From: Lingula anatina
Taxonomy: Eukaryota; Animalia; Brachiopoda
Direction of reading: 5' to 3'
Assembly (NCBI GenBank): GCA_051362555.1
Contig: CM120643.1
Span: 22,324,848 to 22,388,847 of the forward strand
DNA: 64,000 nt
The notes under the pieces were generated by a model. It did no database searches, was not told where the DNA came from, and saw only the letters and a list, made by a program, of their open reading frames with translations. Positions within the stretch are counted from its first letter, which is position 1. Every line of letters begins with the position of its first letter. This document shows, piece by piece, positions 11,342 through 24,699 of the stretch. The position numbers and the translations under genes were made by a program.

Positions 11342-13949
11342 CTTCTTATCCACCGTCCTTTCTAGCAACTCACCCATTGTTATCAAACTGACATTGTTGA
11401 TATTGTAACTGTTGTAACATTTTGGACACCCATGCCAAAAACGCCCCTGATACTCGTAGACAGTGTTAGTTGTTGACGCCCAACCATCAACGACAAACTT
11501 TCCTATTTTCTTTTCTCCCTGATTATGAGCATGCTGTATAAAGACATTGTCACGCTCCGCCCTATACTGCTCTCTCGCACCGGTAGACATTGAATCAGAG
11601 CCATAAAAATTAGTGGCGGGCATTTTACCCCTATAGTCTTGGTTTTCAGGGGTATTAAAGAAGTGGGGGAAGTAGCCCTTTGACAGGGATTCATCTAGAC
11701 CAAATGCAGCGGGAAGTTTGTTGAGTGCCATGGGGAGGAAGCTGTAAGAATCAAGAACAGTTATATCGCCCACCTTAATAGAAAGCACCTTGGCGCCTCG
11801 TAATATCACCTCGGGAACAATACATTGGTCTTTGAGCCATTTTAAGAGGAAAAAACCATAACCAGACATGTTGTGTGCCAACAATATAGCCCCATTATGT
11901 ATGATCATATCCTCCTCGTTATTCTCACATTCATACTCATCACCATCAAAACATGACGATGCTCCAGGATTCATTCGTTTACTGCGACCTCCTTTGTTTT
12001 TTCCTTTCCTTTTCCTTTTACCTTGTGCACGTTCAAAACTCTGATCTTCAAATACCCATTTGCAAAATTCATCAACACACGAGGGCCCCTTAAACACATG
12101 TTCATTTTTGCCACATAGCTCACATGTACTAGTGGGGGTTACGTCTAAATTTAGACAGTGATGACATACCCTGTGAGCAACCACTAGATTAGGGGTATGA
12201 ACATGCGATGGCTGCGCTTCAAAATAAAAAAATATGAAAGGGCGTTTTGAACCAGGTTTGAACTTACCAATGAAATTGGCAGCAGGATTCTCATCGATAT
12301 ACATAAGTAAATCGTCATCATCCACATCACGGTCATCTCTATCAATTTGCATGTAACATAAGTGACCGTCTTTGACGTACTTATTACATGACTTGCACTT
12401 GTAAGTGTAACACACGTTTTTTCTCCCTTTTATGATCGACAAATTTAGTGCACTTTTTACAAAGAGTAAATCGTCGGCAGGTTGACCATCTACCTTGTTC
12501 GGGTACAAGTGTATGATTTCTAAAACAGCTGTCAGAGAGGAAATTTCTGCTACACTGATCGCAATGACGCCATGTTTCAAACTTGCATGACGAATCCCTT
12601 TTACACCTCTCGCAATATTTTTCGCACGAATGGTCACCCATGTGATCAACACCTATATTGCATTCCGTACAATAGTAGGCCCTACCCATGAAACCTGTTA
12701 TCGAAGTTATGACATCATAATGCCCCTTATGGTAAAATAAAAACAGTTCCTTCAAAGCTGAAGGCCCTTTATGAATTAAACTCATAAAGTGATCTCCAGA
12801 AAACACAGATATTTGATAATTACTCAAATATGACTGAAACTGTTTAATTTCAGGGACACCACAAGGACCTAACAGTACTCCAGCTCTTGTATGCAAGTCT
12901 TGGGCTCTTTCTAATTGTTCACGACAGCGCTTATTTACGATTGTTGCATATTCGGGGTCATTATCTGCTTTGCAACCAATGCACGCGCTAAGCACAACTG
13001 ATCTCCCGCCCCGTTATGTATTTGGATGACTGAACGCTTTGCGTGGAGAAAGCTCTGCATACCCATAGACCCTCGTTTTAATCTTGCTCCACCAGGGCGT
13101 GGCATACTGACATGACACACAGTTAAAATAATAGATGCGTCAAGTCTTAACTCCTCGTGAGACTGTAATACTCTTATCAATTCGTCCAAAAAGAGATCCA
13201 CTGTAAATTCAGATACCCTCGTGAACGCTATTGATATGGGATACTCTAACGTGTCAGATTGCAAGACAATTCTGACCAAATCATGAGGAAGCATGTTCTG
13301 CACTAAGTCGTCAAATATGTTTTGGAAAAGCTCACGTAGGAAGGGGATCATAGAATTTAAACTTCTATTTTCTAAATGGGAGAACGTGAGCTGATAGTCC
13401 GTGTTTACAGTAGAAAATTTTTTCATGCGCCGTTCATTGACTCGTCGCAGATTATAAAACCTTCTATAATCTACCCCCATCCCGAGTTCACCTTCGAACT
13501 GATCTACATGATTTACTAGCTGATCGTCTGTTACATTTGAATCATCCCATAACTCATCACCACTCTCATGCTCCGCATTCAATAAATCATCCTCATTCCT
13601 CATGTCTTCCCATAAATTAGAAACGGACCCCTCAGACGTTGTGTCACCCATGCCAAAATAGTGTTAAAGGCACATGTAATAAAAGGAGGGTAATGTAAGG
13701 GGTGAGGGTAAGGGAATCTCAAGCTCAAGAAATAGCCACTGTGGGTGATACCTATAAAGATAAAAAATCAAATCAGTCCCCCCGTTTTCAGACAGCTAAA
13801 CATTTTAGACACAATATTAACGATACTATACAAAAGTTTAAACGTGAATTAAATTACGTACATTGACTGAATGTTCAGTAACTTACATTTTGTGTGCTCC
13901 TACACTGTCTCTCCATTGCTGCGACATCACCCAACCGACGCTAATGCCC

Positions 13950-14070
13950 AAATGACGCCGAAGCCACGATGATTAATATTTAGAATAATGAAATAAAACT
14001 TCTGACCAATAAAAATATCCCACGTCACATAAAATTACGTATACCATTGTGTTGTTCGCGGGAAAATGTA
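13950..14070 (-). promoter_or_regulatory. Candidate polB promoter with E2F, ATF/CRE-like and CCAAT sites
   Basis: TTTTCCCGCGAA (minus of 14055-14066), GTGACGTGG (minus, about 14020-14028) and CCAAT at 14006-14010, about 350-400 bp upstream of the polB ORF. Confidence 0.35.
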
Positions 14071-14212
14071 GGGTAACAACCGTGAGAAAATGCTGTTGAT
14101 TATTCATATGCCCTGGCCTTATATTGTCCTCCCTGTTCACAGAATCAACACCAGCCTCTTATAATTTCAATGCCAGTCTCTTAACGTAATCTCTTCACAA
14201 AAGATTGTGCAG

Positions 14213-14407
14213 TTAGCACAACCACACGCTATTGAAAGTCTCATAGAACTGCTGCCAAATATCGTAACAATATATTATCTTTTGTGGCGACGGTAAAATC
14301 ATTGTATTGGCATTTGATAATAACCTTTTAATCCATACTGTTTTTCCTGAACCAGTGGGCCCTGCTAAAAGAGCAGTGAAAGGGTGTTTTAGATGTGTAT
14401 CGTACAT
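14213..14407 (-). pseudogene. Polinton A32/FtsK-like DNA packaging ATPase, N-terminal fragment
   Basis: MYDTHLKHPFTALLAGPTGSGKTVWIKRLL...IIYCYDIWQ (Walker A; typical Maverick ATPase start), truncated; its start and upstream 90 bp are repeated at about 16259-16348. Confidence 0.9.
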
Positions 14408-14905
14408 GTCCAAAAATGTAATTGGCATTTATCGGCTTGACGGGTTTACTTTATAACTTTTATCACGTGTTATACACAAACGATATATTATTTCCCATGG
14501 CGAAAAGTCAACATGTTCATCGCATACTTTCTTGTATTGTAAAAACTAATCAACAATAACACCGTTTATTTTCACAAAAGGTTTAATTTTCTATTTTCTA
14601 TATAGTTACATACAAAAATCGAGGAAGAATGTGACATGGTCTGATCATCCTATTTAAGGGTCTTTCTTCTTCTTTGCTAATCGTCAGGCATGGTCAGATC
14701 ATCTGATGTTATGGTCATTCTTCTGCTGTTAATCGTCAGGCCTGTAATTAAAATAAACAAACAAATCAATTATATTACGCACGCATATAATGCTTCTTAC
14801 CGACAACAAAAGAACACGTGTACACATTTTATTTCCATTACTTATTTTTCTAATTTAAGTCCAGTATTCCCCCTCGATCAAGTACATTTTTAGTGTTTAC
14901 CAGTT

Positions 14906-15114
14906 TTAATCCTGCTGTTCTAGTTGTTCCTCTTCCTCATCTTCTTTTTCTTCGTCCTCTTTGGGAAGACCTGTATATTGCTCCAACTTTTAGAAAAAAA
15001 AAAAAAAAGCATTTAATTACTCATTACAATTCCATCAGCATATAACGCTTATATATATATATTTATTTTAGCGCTGTACTTCTGTTAACATTTAGTGATG
15101 TAGTAATGTGTACA

Positions 15115-15170
<56 letters not shown>

Positions 15171-15557
15171 ATGATTAGTTAAATTAATTGTTAACTTACC
15201 TCTTCATGTAGGTCACAAATGGTGTATGCAAACTGGTCCATGACCAGCTTGCACAGCATTGGCTCCCCCATTAATGTTTTTAATGTTTTCATGCTGATGC
15301 GTGCGTAATTCTGCACGCAAAAGTTTATGCAGCACGCCCTAAGGGACGTGCATGATGCAGCATCCCATCCTATTTGCCATTGACATTAAGTCAATGACAT
15401 TTTCCGTATTTATACTTGTGTAAATTTGCTCCTCGCACAACTCCTCAAGCGTTGCTGCATTTTCCTCCCAAATAGCCTCCATGGTGTATTTGGAAGGATA
15501 CCAGAGCATTGTTTGAAACGTGGTATTTATACCCCCTCTTCCCTTAGTCTCAGCCAA
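14906..15557 (-). pseudogene. BACK-domain-like gene with acidic tail, two exons, probable Polinton cargo
   Basis: LEELCEEQIYTSINTENVIDLMSMAN / LRACCINFCVQNY (BACK consensus, one frameshift); donor GAG|GTAAG at 15199, acceptor at 14987, in-frame exon LEQYTGLPKEDEEKEDEEEEQLEQQD*. Confidence 0.6.
15050..15165. repeat. (TA)n microsatellites
   Basis: Two direct (TA)n runs within the intron of the BACK-like gene. Confidence 0.9.
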
Positions 15558-17034
15558 TCTGTATTATGAACGTGATTATGAAATGATTGACAGTTGATAA
15601 TCTCATACTAACACAGCCATGTTGAAGCCAGTCTACCACCCCCTCCACTACTCTAACCCTCACCCCCTCCCCCCTTTCTTTCCGTCATTTCTTAGTTAAG
15701 AAAGATACGTCTAATGAGCATTCTCGTGTTCATTGCAGTTGTTGTGACGAGTGGTCTGCAGTGCTTTTGCCATATAGCTGTCATACTTGTAATTTAATGC
15801 CTTAAATGAATTTTCAGTTTTCTGAACTTTTCATTGAAATAGCAACTATAAATATGAGCAACTCCATTTAGTTCAATCTAATTTCCAGAAGTTTATAAGG
15901 TTGTTATATAACATTATGTGTCCTGAATTATATAGATGTGCAGGTTAAATGTTTTCAGGATGTATACTTATATAATCAATTTACAGGTCAAGTTTGAAGA
16001 AGTCTGTTTAGAGTCACACTAGGTAACTCAATTAAACAAGAAGCAATATATTTGATTAACAAATACATTCACCTCAAATGTATTAAGGAATGGTCCTCTG
16101 CCTTGTAACTATATTATTCACCTTGATCAATCAGTTTAAGTTATCAACCTATTGTCCAGTAGTAGAAGCCATTTAGTGCTCAGTCTGGAAGTCTTCCCTA
16201 TCACATGTGTAATTGAATTAAAGTGACCACTCTGGCAACCCACCTGGCTGGGAAGCCAATGTCCAAAAATGTAATTGACATTTATCGGCTTGAAGAGTTT
16301 ACTTTATACCTTTTATCACGGGGTATACACAAACGATATATTATTTCCTGAGTCTTTCCATGATTAAGTTCTACGTGTTTCTAAATGGCTTCTACTATTA
16401 TCCTTACAGCATCTGGTTTTCAGCGGTCAATGTTCAAGTTTTATAATTAGCCTGGATATGCTTTAGCTTTGATCTATGTGGTAATGTGATTTATTAGGAG
16501 GGGCCTGGACATTTTAATTAAGATAGTGGTTAGGGAACATCTAACCCTACATGTGAGGTGATAAAAATTGCAGTAAAATTGATAACCGTTTTTCATTCCC
16601 AAGCTATATTTCGTAAGTTCGGGGTGTACTTAGTGACACGGTACAACGTACACAAAGAGGCAATCGCCATTAATTAATATGAACTTTGAATTTCTCACCA
16701 TTTGTTTCATTCATCTTATCAGCTGTGTTCGATTCAGCTACACTGTCTTCTGATTTCTTACTTCCTAAAGGAATTACTGGTTATAAACATACTACATTAA
16801 ATTTCCACTTATCCTAAAAAACAATTAACATGCCAAATCCTGGCCTTGAGTTATTAAAGGTGCAAACCGTTCATTAAAATTACAGTATATAACTTAAACT
16901 GTACAATTCAAACATTACTTATCTGAGTACCATGCATCCTTTTAATATTAATGTGTTATTATCATCAAATAATGTCATGAAGTAAATTAAGTATCTTTAT
17001 ATAAGTAGTTTTAGCCATCTGTTGAAAGATTCAC

Positions 17035-18330
17035 CTGATGATTTTACCTTTTCTATGTTTGTACCAGTTCTTACTGTTTGCCTGGCTCCGTGTTTCACTT
17101 TCTATTTGGATTATTTCATCCACAGACAACCGATGTGAAACTTAGCTGCATTTCTTGGAACTCTTTACTTTCAAAATCCCAAGTTTGTATCTGTTCTGAC
17201 ACCTTGTTACGGATGTTCTGCAGTGGCTAAAATAGATGGAACTAATGAAATAAGAACCCGAATACCTTACTACACAAGGCAAATCTTATTACGTTAGTTT
17301 TTATAAATGTGAGTATATCTAATTTACAGGAATGAATGATAAATCCTAAAAATGTATGTCTACATATTAATGGAGGTCATAATAACCATTTTTCAGTGTA
17401 CTATTTTGTTTAAAATGATGGAGTTTATTTTTGAAGTTCCATTGACGTACAGCCCATTTGGGTGGTGTCTCCCAGTGAAGGTTGCATCTGCACATGGTTT
17501 TTATTCTCAACTTACATGTGGTTGGAGCACATTCTCTTTGTGTTCTGGATGAGCACCTACAAGGTTTACTGACTTCTGAAATTTAACATAAAACAAATGA
17601 ACAATGGTGAGAAGAAATTATATTCAATTATTGGCATTATATTATACTACCAGTAAGCTAATCATGAAAAAAGATTTTTTTTAGATTGCAGAAAGACGAG
17701 GAATTTTTTGCCATCTTTTTCAGTAATTTAATTGTAAAGTTTCTGCGACTTGGTAATGGCATGTGTACCTTAATTATTACTTTTGCAAGACTAATCTTTG
17801 CCAATGCTAATGTACCTCACTACTGCTCCATAAACCGGCCAACATCAACTTCCTCACTGAGCCTTCAGGCACCCTGCTCACAAAGTTATCCAGTCTAGGT
17901 TTGGGGAGGGATTGCTTAGTTGGTGGGAGAACAGCATATTCTCCTTTACATTTTGAATGACCTATGCTGATGGGATCTTTGCCTGGTTGATACCTTACAA
18001 AGTCCAAGTCCGAAAATTTTCCTGGGACGGTCACACTGCATTTTCTTCTACCCCACTCCTTGAGTTTTTGTGAACAGGCCAGTTCTTCAGGGATTTCAGA
18101 TAACCCAGACAGCCTCATGTCATTCAGACTAAACAAGACTGCAACATGTTTGCATTTTTCCTGCCCTCCTGCCTTGCACTTGCAGTAGGAGTAATCAATC
18201 TTGCCATTTGCCAAAATATCAATTTGTGAATTGTACCAGCTGTCCTTTATGAAACTCGCACCAACAACTGCCCTAACTGAGAATAGATTATCAATTTTTA
18301 CAGAATGTTCTGAACTTTGCCCAATTTATA
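17035..18330 (-). mobile_element. SWIM plus YqaJ-like (lambda exonuclease family) transposon accessory gene fragment, spliced
   Basis: YCKCKAGGQEKCKHVAV...ACSQKLKEWG (SWIM) and a downstream exon IESETRSQANSKNWYKHRKGKI (YqaJ N-terminus). Confidence 0.75.
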
Positions 18331-18353
18331 CATATTGTACCCGCCAACGCTAT

Positions 18354-19020
18354 CCCAGCAGGCACACAACATTTAATTCAATGTTGATCCAACATTGAGT
18401 CACAATGTTGAGTTTTTGTTGAATTTAATATTGAAAGTGAAGTGAAGCCCATTTTCAAATATGACCTGTAAAGTATTCTAGCAATATCTATCACAAGGCC
18501 AAAACAATAGTTCAAGTTCTTCAATTGGTACTTTCTTCCACCTCCGTTTTTTTTTTGGGGGGGGGGGCCCATTTCAGATAATTGACGATACTGTCCGAGA
18601 CTTCTTTCTCTGTTCAGCCATATCTTGATATCATGACATCTGAAAAAAAAAAGTGAAGTAAAAATGTAAGCATATATGTATTGAACAAACACTGGCAGGT
18701 GTGCCTATTGTGGCTTATTGAGGGATTCTAAGAATGAGGTTAAGATTGGGCGTTAAATTCCAACTAGGGTGCAAAATGTAAGAACTATTTTTTTAGCCTT
18801 AGCTGCCCAAACTGGAGATGATAGATATTGATAGCGGTATTACCAACATTAGTTTATTACAAAAAATCAAATTAGGCACAAATTACAACTGTAAATGTAA
18901 AACAAACTGCAACATTAATTTAATTACCTTTGATCACCGTACAGAAGTTGCTGTGCCCAAACGGAAAATTTTTTTTTCTTTCCTGATAAATTCATTCCAG
19001 CCATGACTCTGTTGGTCATA
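18354..19020 (-). mobile_element. CMC/EnSpm-like terminus with DUF4806 (BEN-like) accessory-gene exons
   Basis: CCCAGCAGGCAC terminus with caacattg/caatgttg subterminal repeats; exons MTNRVMAGMNLSGKKKNFPFGHSNFCTVIK| and TEKEVSDSIVNYLKWAP...GGGRK. Confidence 0.55.
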
Positions 19021-19449
19021 CAACTACAAATAATATTTATAAAATAAAGGATATCTTGAATAAAATCAGAAATGTGTGGGTTTGATCAAGAAAAGTCCAA
19101 AAAGTTGGAATAATAGTTTTCAATTTGTAGTTCTACTGATCCTGATCCGGCGGATTCCACTGAAAAATCGTCCCCACACAGTGAGCTATCAGCTGAGCCA
19201 ACGGCCTCGAATGACTGTCAGCTCAGCTGTTTCCTCATCGTCTGGTGCGGACTTTAGTTAGAGTGTTTAAATTTTGACGTAGCAAAATGAAAATTAGTGT
19301 CAAAGAAAAGAACCTGTGCATTATGTTAAGATTAATTTTATATTCCCTAATTATTATATCAAGTTCTATATATGGCATTAACCTAATTCTAAAATTTGAG
19401 AATAATAAATGACAACTTCACGTATGACTACTATAAAGAACATCACCAA

Positions 19450-21063
19450 AAAAATAAAATAAAGTAAAAAAACACTCCTTATTTACACCCCTTATTAAAT
19501 CTTATCAACCACGATATTTGTGTAGGTAAACATGGATACTCTATTTTTTTCCCCTTAATGTCAATACCAAGCTCCTTTTGATATTTATTAACAGCGGATA
19601 TCATACCATGAAATGTAACAAAATCAGTAATATTTCCAAATTTTTGTGTAAATTGATCAAAATTAAAATATTCGCCATTTTTTAAAATAAAATCATTTGT
19701 ATAATTGATGCCCGATTTCTGCCAAATTTTTTCATCATAGTTCTTTTATTTATCGAGATTCTATCATTGCACCATATGCATTCCTTCAAGAATTTATATC
19801 TGGTACAGACACTTTTGTGATCTAGCAGATATAACCAGGCATCAATAACATCTTTCCAAAAAAGTTTCTTACATTATTCCTTATAGATACCAGTTTTCCC
19901 TGACCAATTTCAGCCCAATTTAAATTGGTATTGGTAGAGTCTAAAAAGGATGTCTTCCATTTTGAATCTTTGAATATACATCTTCTTAGCCAGGTTACCT
20001 TTAGTGCAATAATGTAACACTTAATGTTAGTAGTCTTAATTCTGCCATTTCTATAATTTTGAATCATCTTTCAAAGTAAACCTTGGTAATATCAGTGATT
20101 TTAGAACTACATTCCTCCCTAATACTGTCAGGGGTCTAATCAACCATTTTTCCATCAACCTGTTTACTTCTTTAAATTTATCTTTATAATTCTTTTCCAC
20201 CATTTCCTGTAAGTTGGTTGAAAACTCAACACCTAAAATGTCTAAAGTCTTCGAATTCTAATCTAGTTTAAAATCTTTACAAAGAACAGTGTTAGCATTT
20301 TTCATATTTCCTATCCAAAGCATTTTTGTTTTTTATGAATTTACAGTTAAACCAGACATACTAGTGAATTTTTTTAAAGTTTGGAGCACAGTATGTAAAC
20401 TTTTTTCATTTCTATCTAAAAATAGTTGTATCATCTGCATACTAGGTTATTAGAAATTCTTCATTATATATTTTAATGCCATTTATGTTGTAGTTATTTC
20501 TTAACATGCTACACAGAAGTTCTGCACATAATATGAATAAGTATGGTGAGAGGGGGTCACCTTGGCGACAGCCTTGAGATACTTTTAAAGAGGGAAGAAG
20601 AATGTCTATTCACTAATATACATGACTGTGAATCTTTCAAAAATATTTTTACCTATTAAATCAATGAATTTCCAAAACCAAAAAAATCAAGTGTTTTTAG
20701 GATAAAGTCCCATTACAAAGAATCGAATGCTTTCAAAAATCCCGTTTTTTGGAAAGACTCGCAGTGTTCTATAATGTCATAAACAAATCTTATATTTTCC
20801 CCTATAAATCTTTCTGACATAAAGCCATTCCGGTCTTTGTTGATCAGAGTGTGTAGCACTTTCTTGATTCTATTTGCAATCAACCCAGATGCCAGTTTAT
20901 AGACTACATTCAAAAGGGAGATTGGCCTTAGAATTTGTAGAAAGTCTATTGGCTTTCCTTTTTTAGGGATCAAGGTTATTACTCCTTGAGTGAGCGAAAT
21001 AGACAATTTGTTGGTTTCATATGCTTCATTTATGGAATGGAGAATAAAGGAATGTATATCTAT

Positions 21064-21097
<34 letters not shown>

Positions 21098-21400
21098 TAA
21101 AAAATTCCGACCTGAAGCCGTCCATTCCTGGGCTTTTATCATTTTTCATATTTTTTAATGGCTGAAGTAATTCATCATGTGTGTTTTCCCTTCAAGCATG
21201 TTGGCTGTAGTAGCATTCATCTTAGGCATTTCAGAGGATCAAATCACCATTATCTTTGTGTATTTTATTTATAGTCTTGTTAACGAAATTTCTGTTTTGC
21301 AATGCCAAAAAGTATTTTGTTGCTTTTTCCCCCCTCTTCAATCCATCTAATTTTTGACCTTGCTGTTATACCCTGTATCTTTTGTTTTTCCTTATTTGTT
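19450..21400 (-). mobile_element. L1/Tx1-clade LINE ORF2 reverse transcriptase, decayed
   Basis: KSPGMDGF, LTQGVITLIPKKGK, RPISLLNVVYKL, GFMSERFIGENIR, KAFDSL, GCRQGDPLSPYLF, YADDT; many frameshifts. Confidence 0.92.
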
Positions 21401-21409
21401 CATTTTGTC

Positions 21410-21905
21410 CAAGGTAAGTTTCATTTAATTTTTTAATTCTATTTCGTCATACCCACTTCTGGTCTTCTGTGAGATTTCAAAGTATTATGAACAAATGTAC
21501 CAACCCCAAGAATAAATTTCATATTCATTTATTCGGAAAATAAATTGAAACTAAACTGATCCAAGTATAGCCTCTGCATAACTATGTTTAACAATGCCTT
21601 TCTCAAAATATATCGCAAATGTCTTTGCATTAGTCCATCCTGCTTGATTCATAATAGTGTCTAATGGAACTAAACACTGTTTAGCTCTAGAAACTGAACT
21701 CTAGACTGAACAAATACTGTGAGATGTAAACAATCTAGTATCAATTCCTGATAAAACCATAACTTCTTTAATCCACCTAGATAACGTGTCTCTAAAGACT
21801 CTTTTATGAGGCTTCACATAACTAACAAAAAGAAATTGTTCATTTTCCTGGAGAACTGATATTCTCTCTAAATATTCTTTTACAACAACATAAATGCACA
21901 ATCTC
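21410..21905 (-). mobile_element. DIRS-type retrotransposon tyrosine recombinase C-terminus plus 3' terminal region
   Basis: EYLERI...LFVSYVKPHKRV.RDTLSRWIKEVMVLSGID...FTSHSI...AGWTNAKTFAIYF. Confidence 0.85.
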
Positions 21906-21989
21906 CTATCTCCTATCTCCTATCCTATCTGTTTGATAATTATGTCATAGACATGGTGGCGATAGGGAGTCACCAAGACAACCTGTTAT

Positions 21990-22740
21990 GAGTACGTGGA
22001 TCGCGAGCAGTTCTTTATCCTGGTGAATTCGTTCCAGATGATAGGCAGAAGGGCTCCATACAAAAAAATCGCAATACTGGTGGACTGCCATGAACAACTG
22101 TGTCTGTACTTGATAGTAATATGCAGATTCCCTTTTCAATTTTCCATTTACCAAATACGGCATTTCAATTGTACCACTATCCCTCATGTTGTAGGGGCAT
22201 TTAATTTCCAACACTCCAAAGCCGCAGCAAGAACAGCTGATGAGGCCATCTGGAGTCGCTCCAAATTCTGGATAGTCCGGGTTCAGTACAAGACCACTTT
22301 TCAGCATTGAAAAACTCTGGTGGTTATTCTGTGCCAAACTCAGATATTCCTTCTTGGCTACTGGCTCCTTCTTCTTTCCCCACTCCAGTGCTGCACTGCT
22401 GACCTGTAATGGCTGGCAGATTGATTTGTGTATGGACTTTGAAGGTGTTTCAGTGCTTGTGTGTGTCACTTGATAAGTCTTGGAGGCTGTGATGCAGCCA
22501 ACCCTGTATTTCAGCCACTTCTTAGACCTGGACTGGTTGCGTGTCTCTGCCTCTACAAATGCAGTTTGAGCTGAAGTGACACTAATGTCTAGGCTATCTA
22601 CATTTGTCAACACATCATCTAATTCCGCACCTACAAGGTCTGCATTATGGACAGTTTTAATGTCAATGGGCCAGTCTCCTGTAACTGTCTTGGGCTCAAA
22701 GTGTTGAGCATATCTTTCTGTGATTGTTAAAGGTGACGGA
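21990..22740 (-). mobile_element. YqaJ-like exonuclease domain (ISL2EU/Kolobok-type accessory ORF), well preserved
   Basis: EAETRNQSRSKKWLKYRVGCITAS, EWGKKKE, GATPDGLISCSCCG.GVLEIKCPY, YYYQVQTQL, CDFFVW. Confidence 0.9.
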
Positions 22741-22744
22741 TTGC

Positions 22745-23198
22745 TTAGACCGACATTCTTCCAAAAAGAAATAAACGAATCTCTCTGGGCGATGTCTGAA
22801 AGAAGAATATTAAGTTGATCAACTTGATCATTGAAGTCCGAATAGGGGAGACAGAGCCTGTGATGAACCTGATTCACCACTACGTGAAGAACGCCGAACT
22901 CCTAGTGAAATCTCCGAGCGAGGCCCTCAATGCTCTTACCTATATTGAACAAAAAAATATTTAAGTCAGATAGGTCATTTGACCCAATTACCAATATAAC
23001 CAAGGCGGGGCGGACCCGGCGAAGGACACCCAAGTCATACCTGACTAGTTTCAGGGCCGTACGGCCTCCCACACCGTGCCAGTGTACAATGTTGGGAAAT
23101 CCAAAATCTTTCTCTGTACGTCCGTCCCAACCTTGGTCAAGATACGAACGAAGCCTATGAACGAAGGAGTGACCAATTATAAGGACCGCCATGGCCAA
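22745..23198 (-). mobile_element. SGNH-hydrolase ORF typical of Ngaro/DIRS-group retroelements
   Basis: VLIIGHSFVHRL (block I), GVGG (II), LVIGSNDL (III); frameshifted continuation to FWKNVGL. Confidence 0.75.
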
Positions 23199-23787
23199 CT
23201 GTGATCAAGGATAATTTAAAGGTAATGAAAAAGAAAATCTTACTTGTAAAATGAAAGGTCGGCTTCTCGCACGAGTCTCCTTCTAGGTTGAATCCGTGAG
23301 TCCCTCAAACAAAGCCGATCAAGAGAAATACTGGCAGATGCAAAGCGTAACTCAAACAAAGACTGTCAGCGAGGCAAAAATGAATAAATTGCAATGGTGA
23401 ATGTTCCATTTCGCAATAAAGTCTATTCAAGCTTGGTTAGATCCAAGAGTCGCACAAACGAATTCGTAAAAGTAAAGAAGTAAACAGTCACAGACCAAAC
23501 GAAAAATTTTTTTCCAGCGAGGCTCAACTTGTATAATCAATCTTGAATGCCATGCTTTCCGCAAAGAACTTACTGAATAAATGCCGCAGCGCGTACCTAA
23601 AAGAGAGCCCCGAATTTAGTGCTGCAAATTTCAGCAAAAGTGATGCTTCAAAGCCGCTGGGTCTCCTTGATTGGACAGATAATTTGCAAGGAGCTTCTGC
23701 AGTGAATTCTAGATGCCATTCCCTTTTTACACCCCTAACCTGGTAATACTAGATGCCATCCCCCCCCCCCCCCCCCCCCCCTTGCTC

Positions 23788-24570
23788 TTAACTTAAATAA
23801 GGACACTTCACTTCAGTACCATCTGGAGAGGAAGCAAGATATGGACTTGCTGCATCAACCCATAATCCAGTTTTCTGAACAGTTACCGCGGTAATTTTCT
23901 CATATTCACATATTGCTTTTAACTCGTAACGTTGTCCATGGCGAATGGGCTTGGTATTCAACTGTTTCACAGATTGAAATTCTTTGGCAGCTTTGCCAGG
24001 GTCTTCCTTTTTCATTTTGCAAATTTTCACATGATTTGAAGAAGTAATTCTTTTACAGCACTCGGAATACCAAATTTTGTTTGTGTTTTGTCCCAAAGTT
24101 GCTGTCTTCACTTTCTGCATTTCAGTGGCATTTATTGAGGTAATGTTTCCAGATTCAAGACATTGATCATCTGGTGAAGATTTATTGTAATCATGGTCCA
24201 AGTAAACAGCTCTGAGATTTGCAGGAGGGAATAATTGTAGGATAGCAGGATTGGCAGATGTGTTAGCAGCAAAGTTAATGGAAGCATTGGCTACTCTTGA
24301 GTAAACAGCTGAAGGTGTTTCATTGAACTGTTCTGAAAGGTTAAATGATAATTTGGAAATGTTAGACCTGGATGGCACATTGGCTGTCTTGATGGGAGAA
24401 CCATAATAAATTTCTTTGCGTGATGAAAAGACTGCAACTCCACAGTACATGTTGTTTCCAAAACCACTTTTATTTCCATTACTGCAGTCCAAAATTGCTA
24501 GCATGCATGCCCTTACATGCTTACAGTGTGCTGACGGCCCTTCCCCTGCTTTCCCCCCCTTAAAAATATC
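23788..24570 (-). mobile_element. SWIM-YqaJ transposon gene fragment
   Basis: AGEGPSAHCKHV...TCT.ELQSFH; GQNTNKIWY...KRITSSN; HGQRYE; PYLASSPDG; EVKCPY. Confidence 0.8.
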
Positions 24571-24699
24571 TGTCTTGCTCCAGCTTGATATTGTTACGTT
24601 TTTCTCCCGAAGAGACCAAGGCAGATGACGTTACTTTTTCTTGCATATTCGCTTTCTGTTTATTGAAACTAAGTTACAGCCAATGACTGGTAAGTAGGT

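Larger units (their letters stand above)
8298..13651 (-). pseudogene. polB: Polinton/Maverick (adintovirus-type) protein-primed family B DNA polymerase, decayed
   Basis: Motifs: DQLCLARA/GHYDVI (OTU-like), FFYFEA (ExoI), AHNMSGY (ExoII), KGYFPHFFN, VDG...YEYQGRFWHGC (VSR-like insert), FYGGRTN, YIDVCSLYP (motif A), KLMLNSFWG|KFGQ (motif B), LYFDTDSII (motif C), GGPKNYAY, KVRGISL. Carries stops, frameshifts, an internal deletion near 11565, one intron and a hAT insertion. Confidence 0.95.

Noticed and set aside
7880-16350. Complete or active Polinton virus
   Set aside because: No capsid, penton, integrase, protease or TIRs recognised; polB has stops, frameshifts, a deletion and a hAT insertion.
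21945-22880. 311-aa ORF suggesting a novel SGNH-YqaJ fusion protein
   Set aside because: The N-terminal ~45 aa is the frameshifted tail of the adjacent SGNH ORF; most likely a chance in-frame junction of two fragments.
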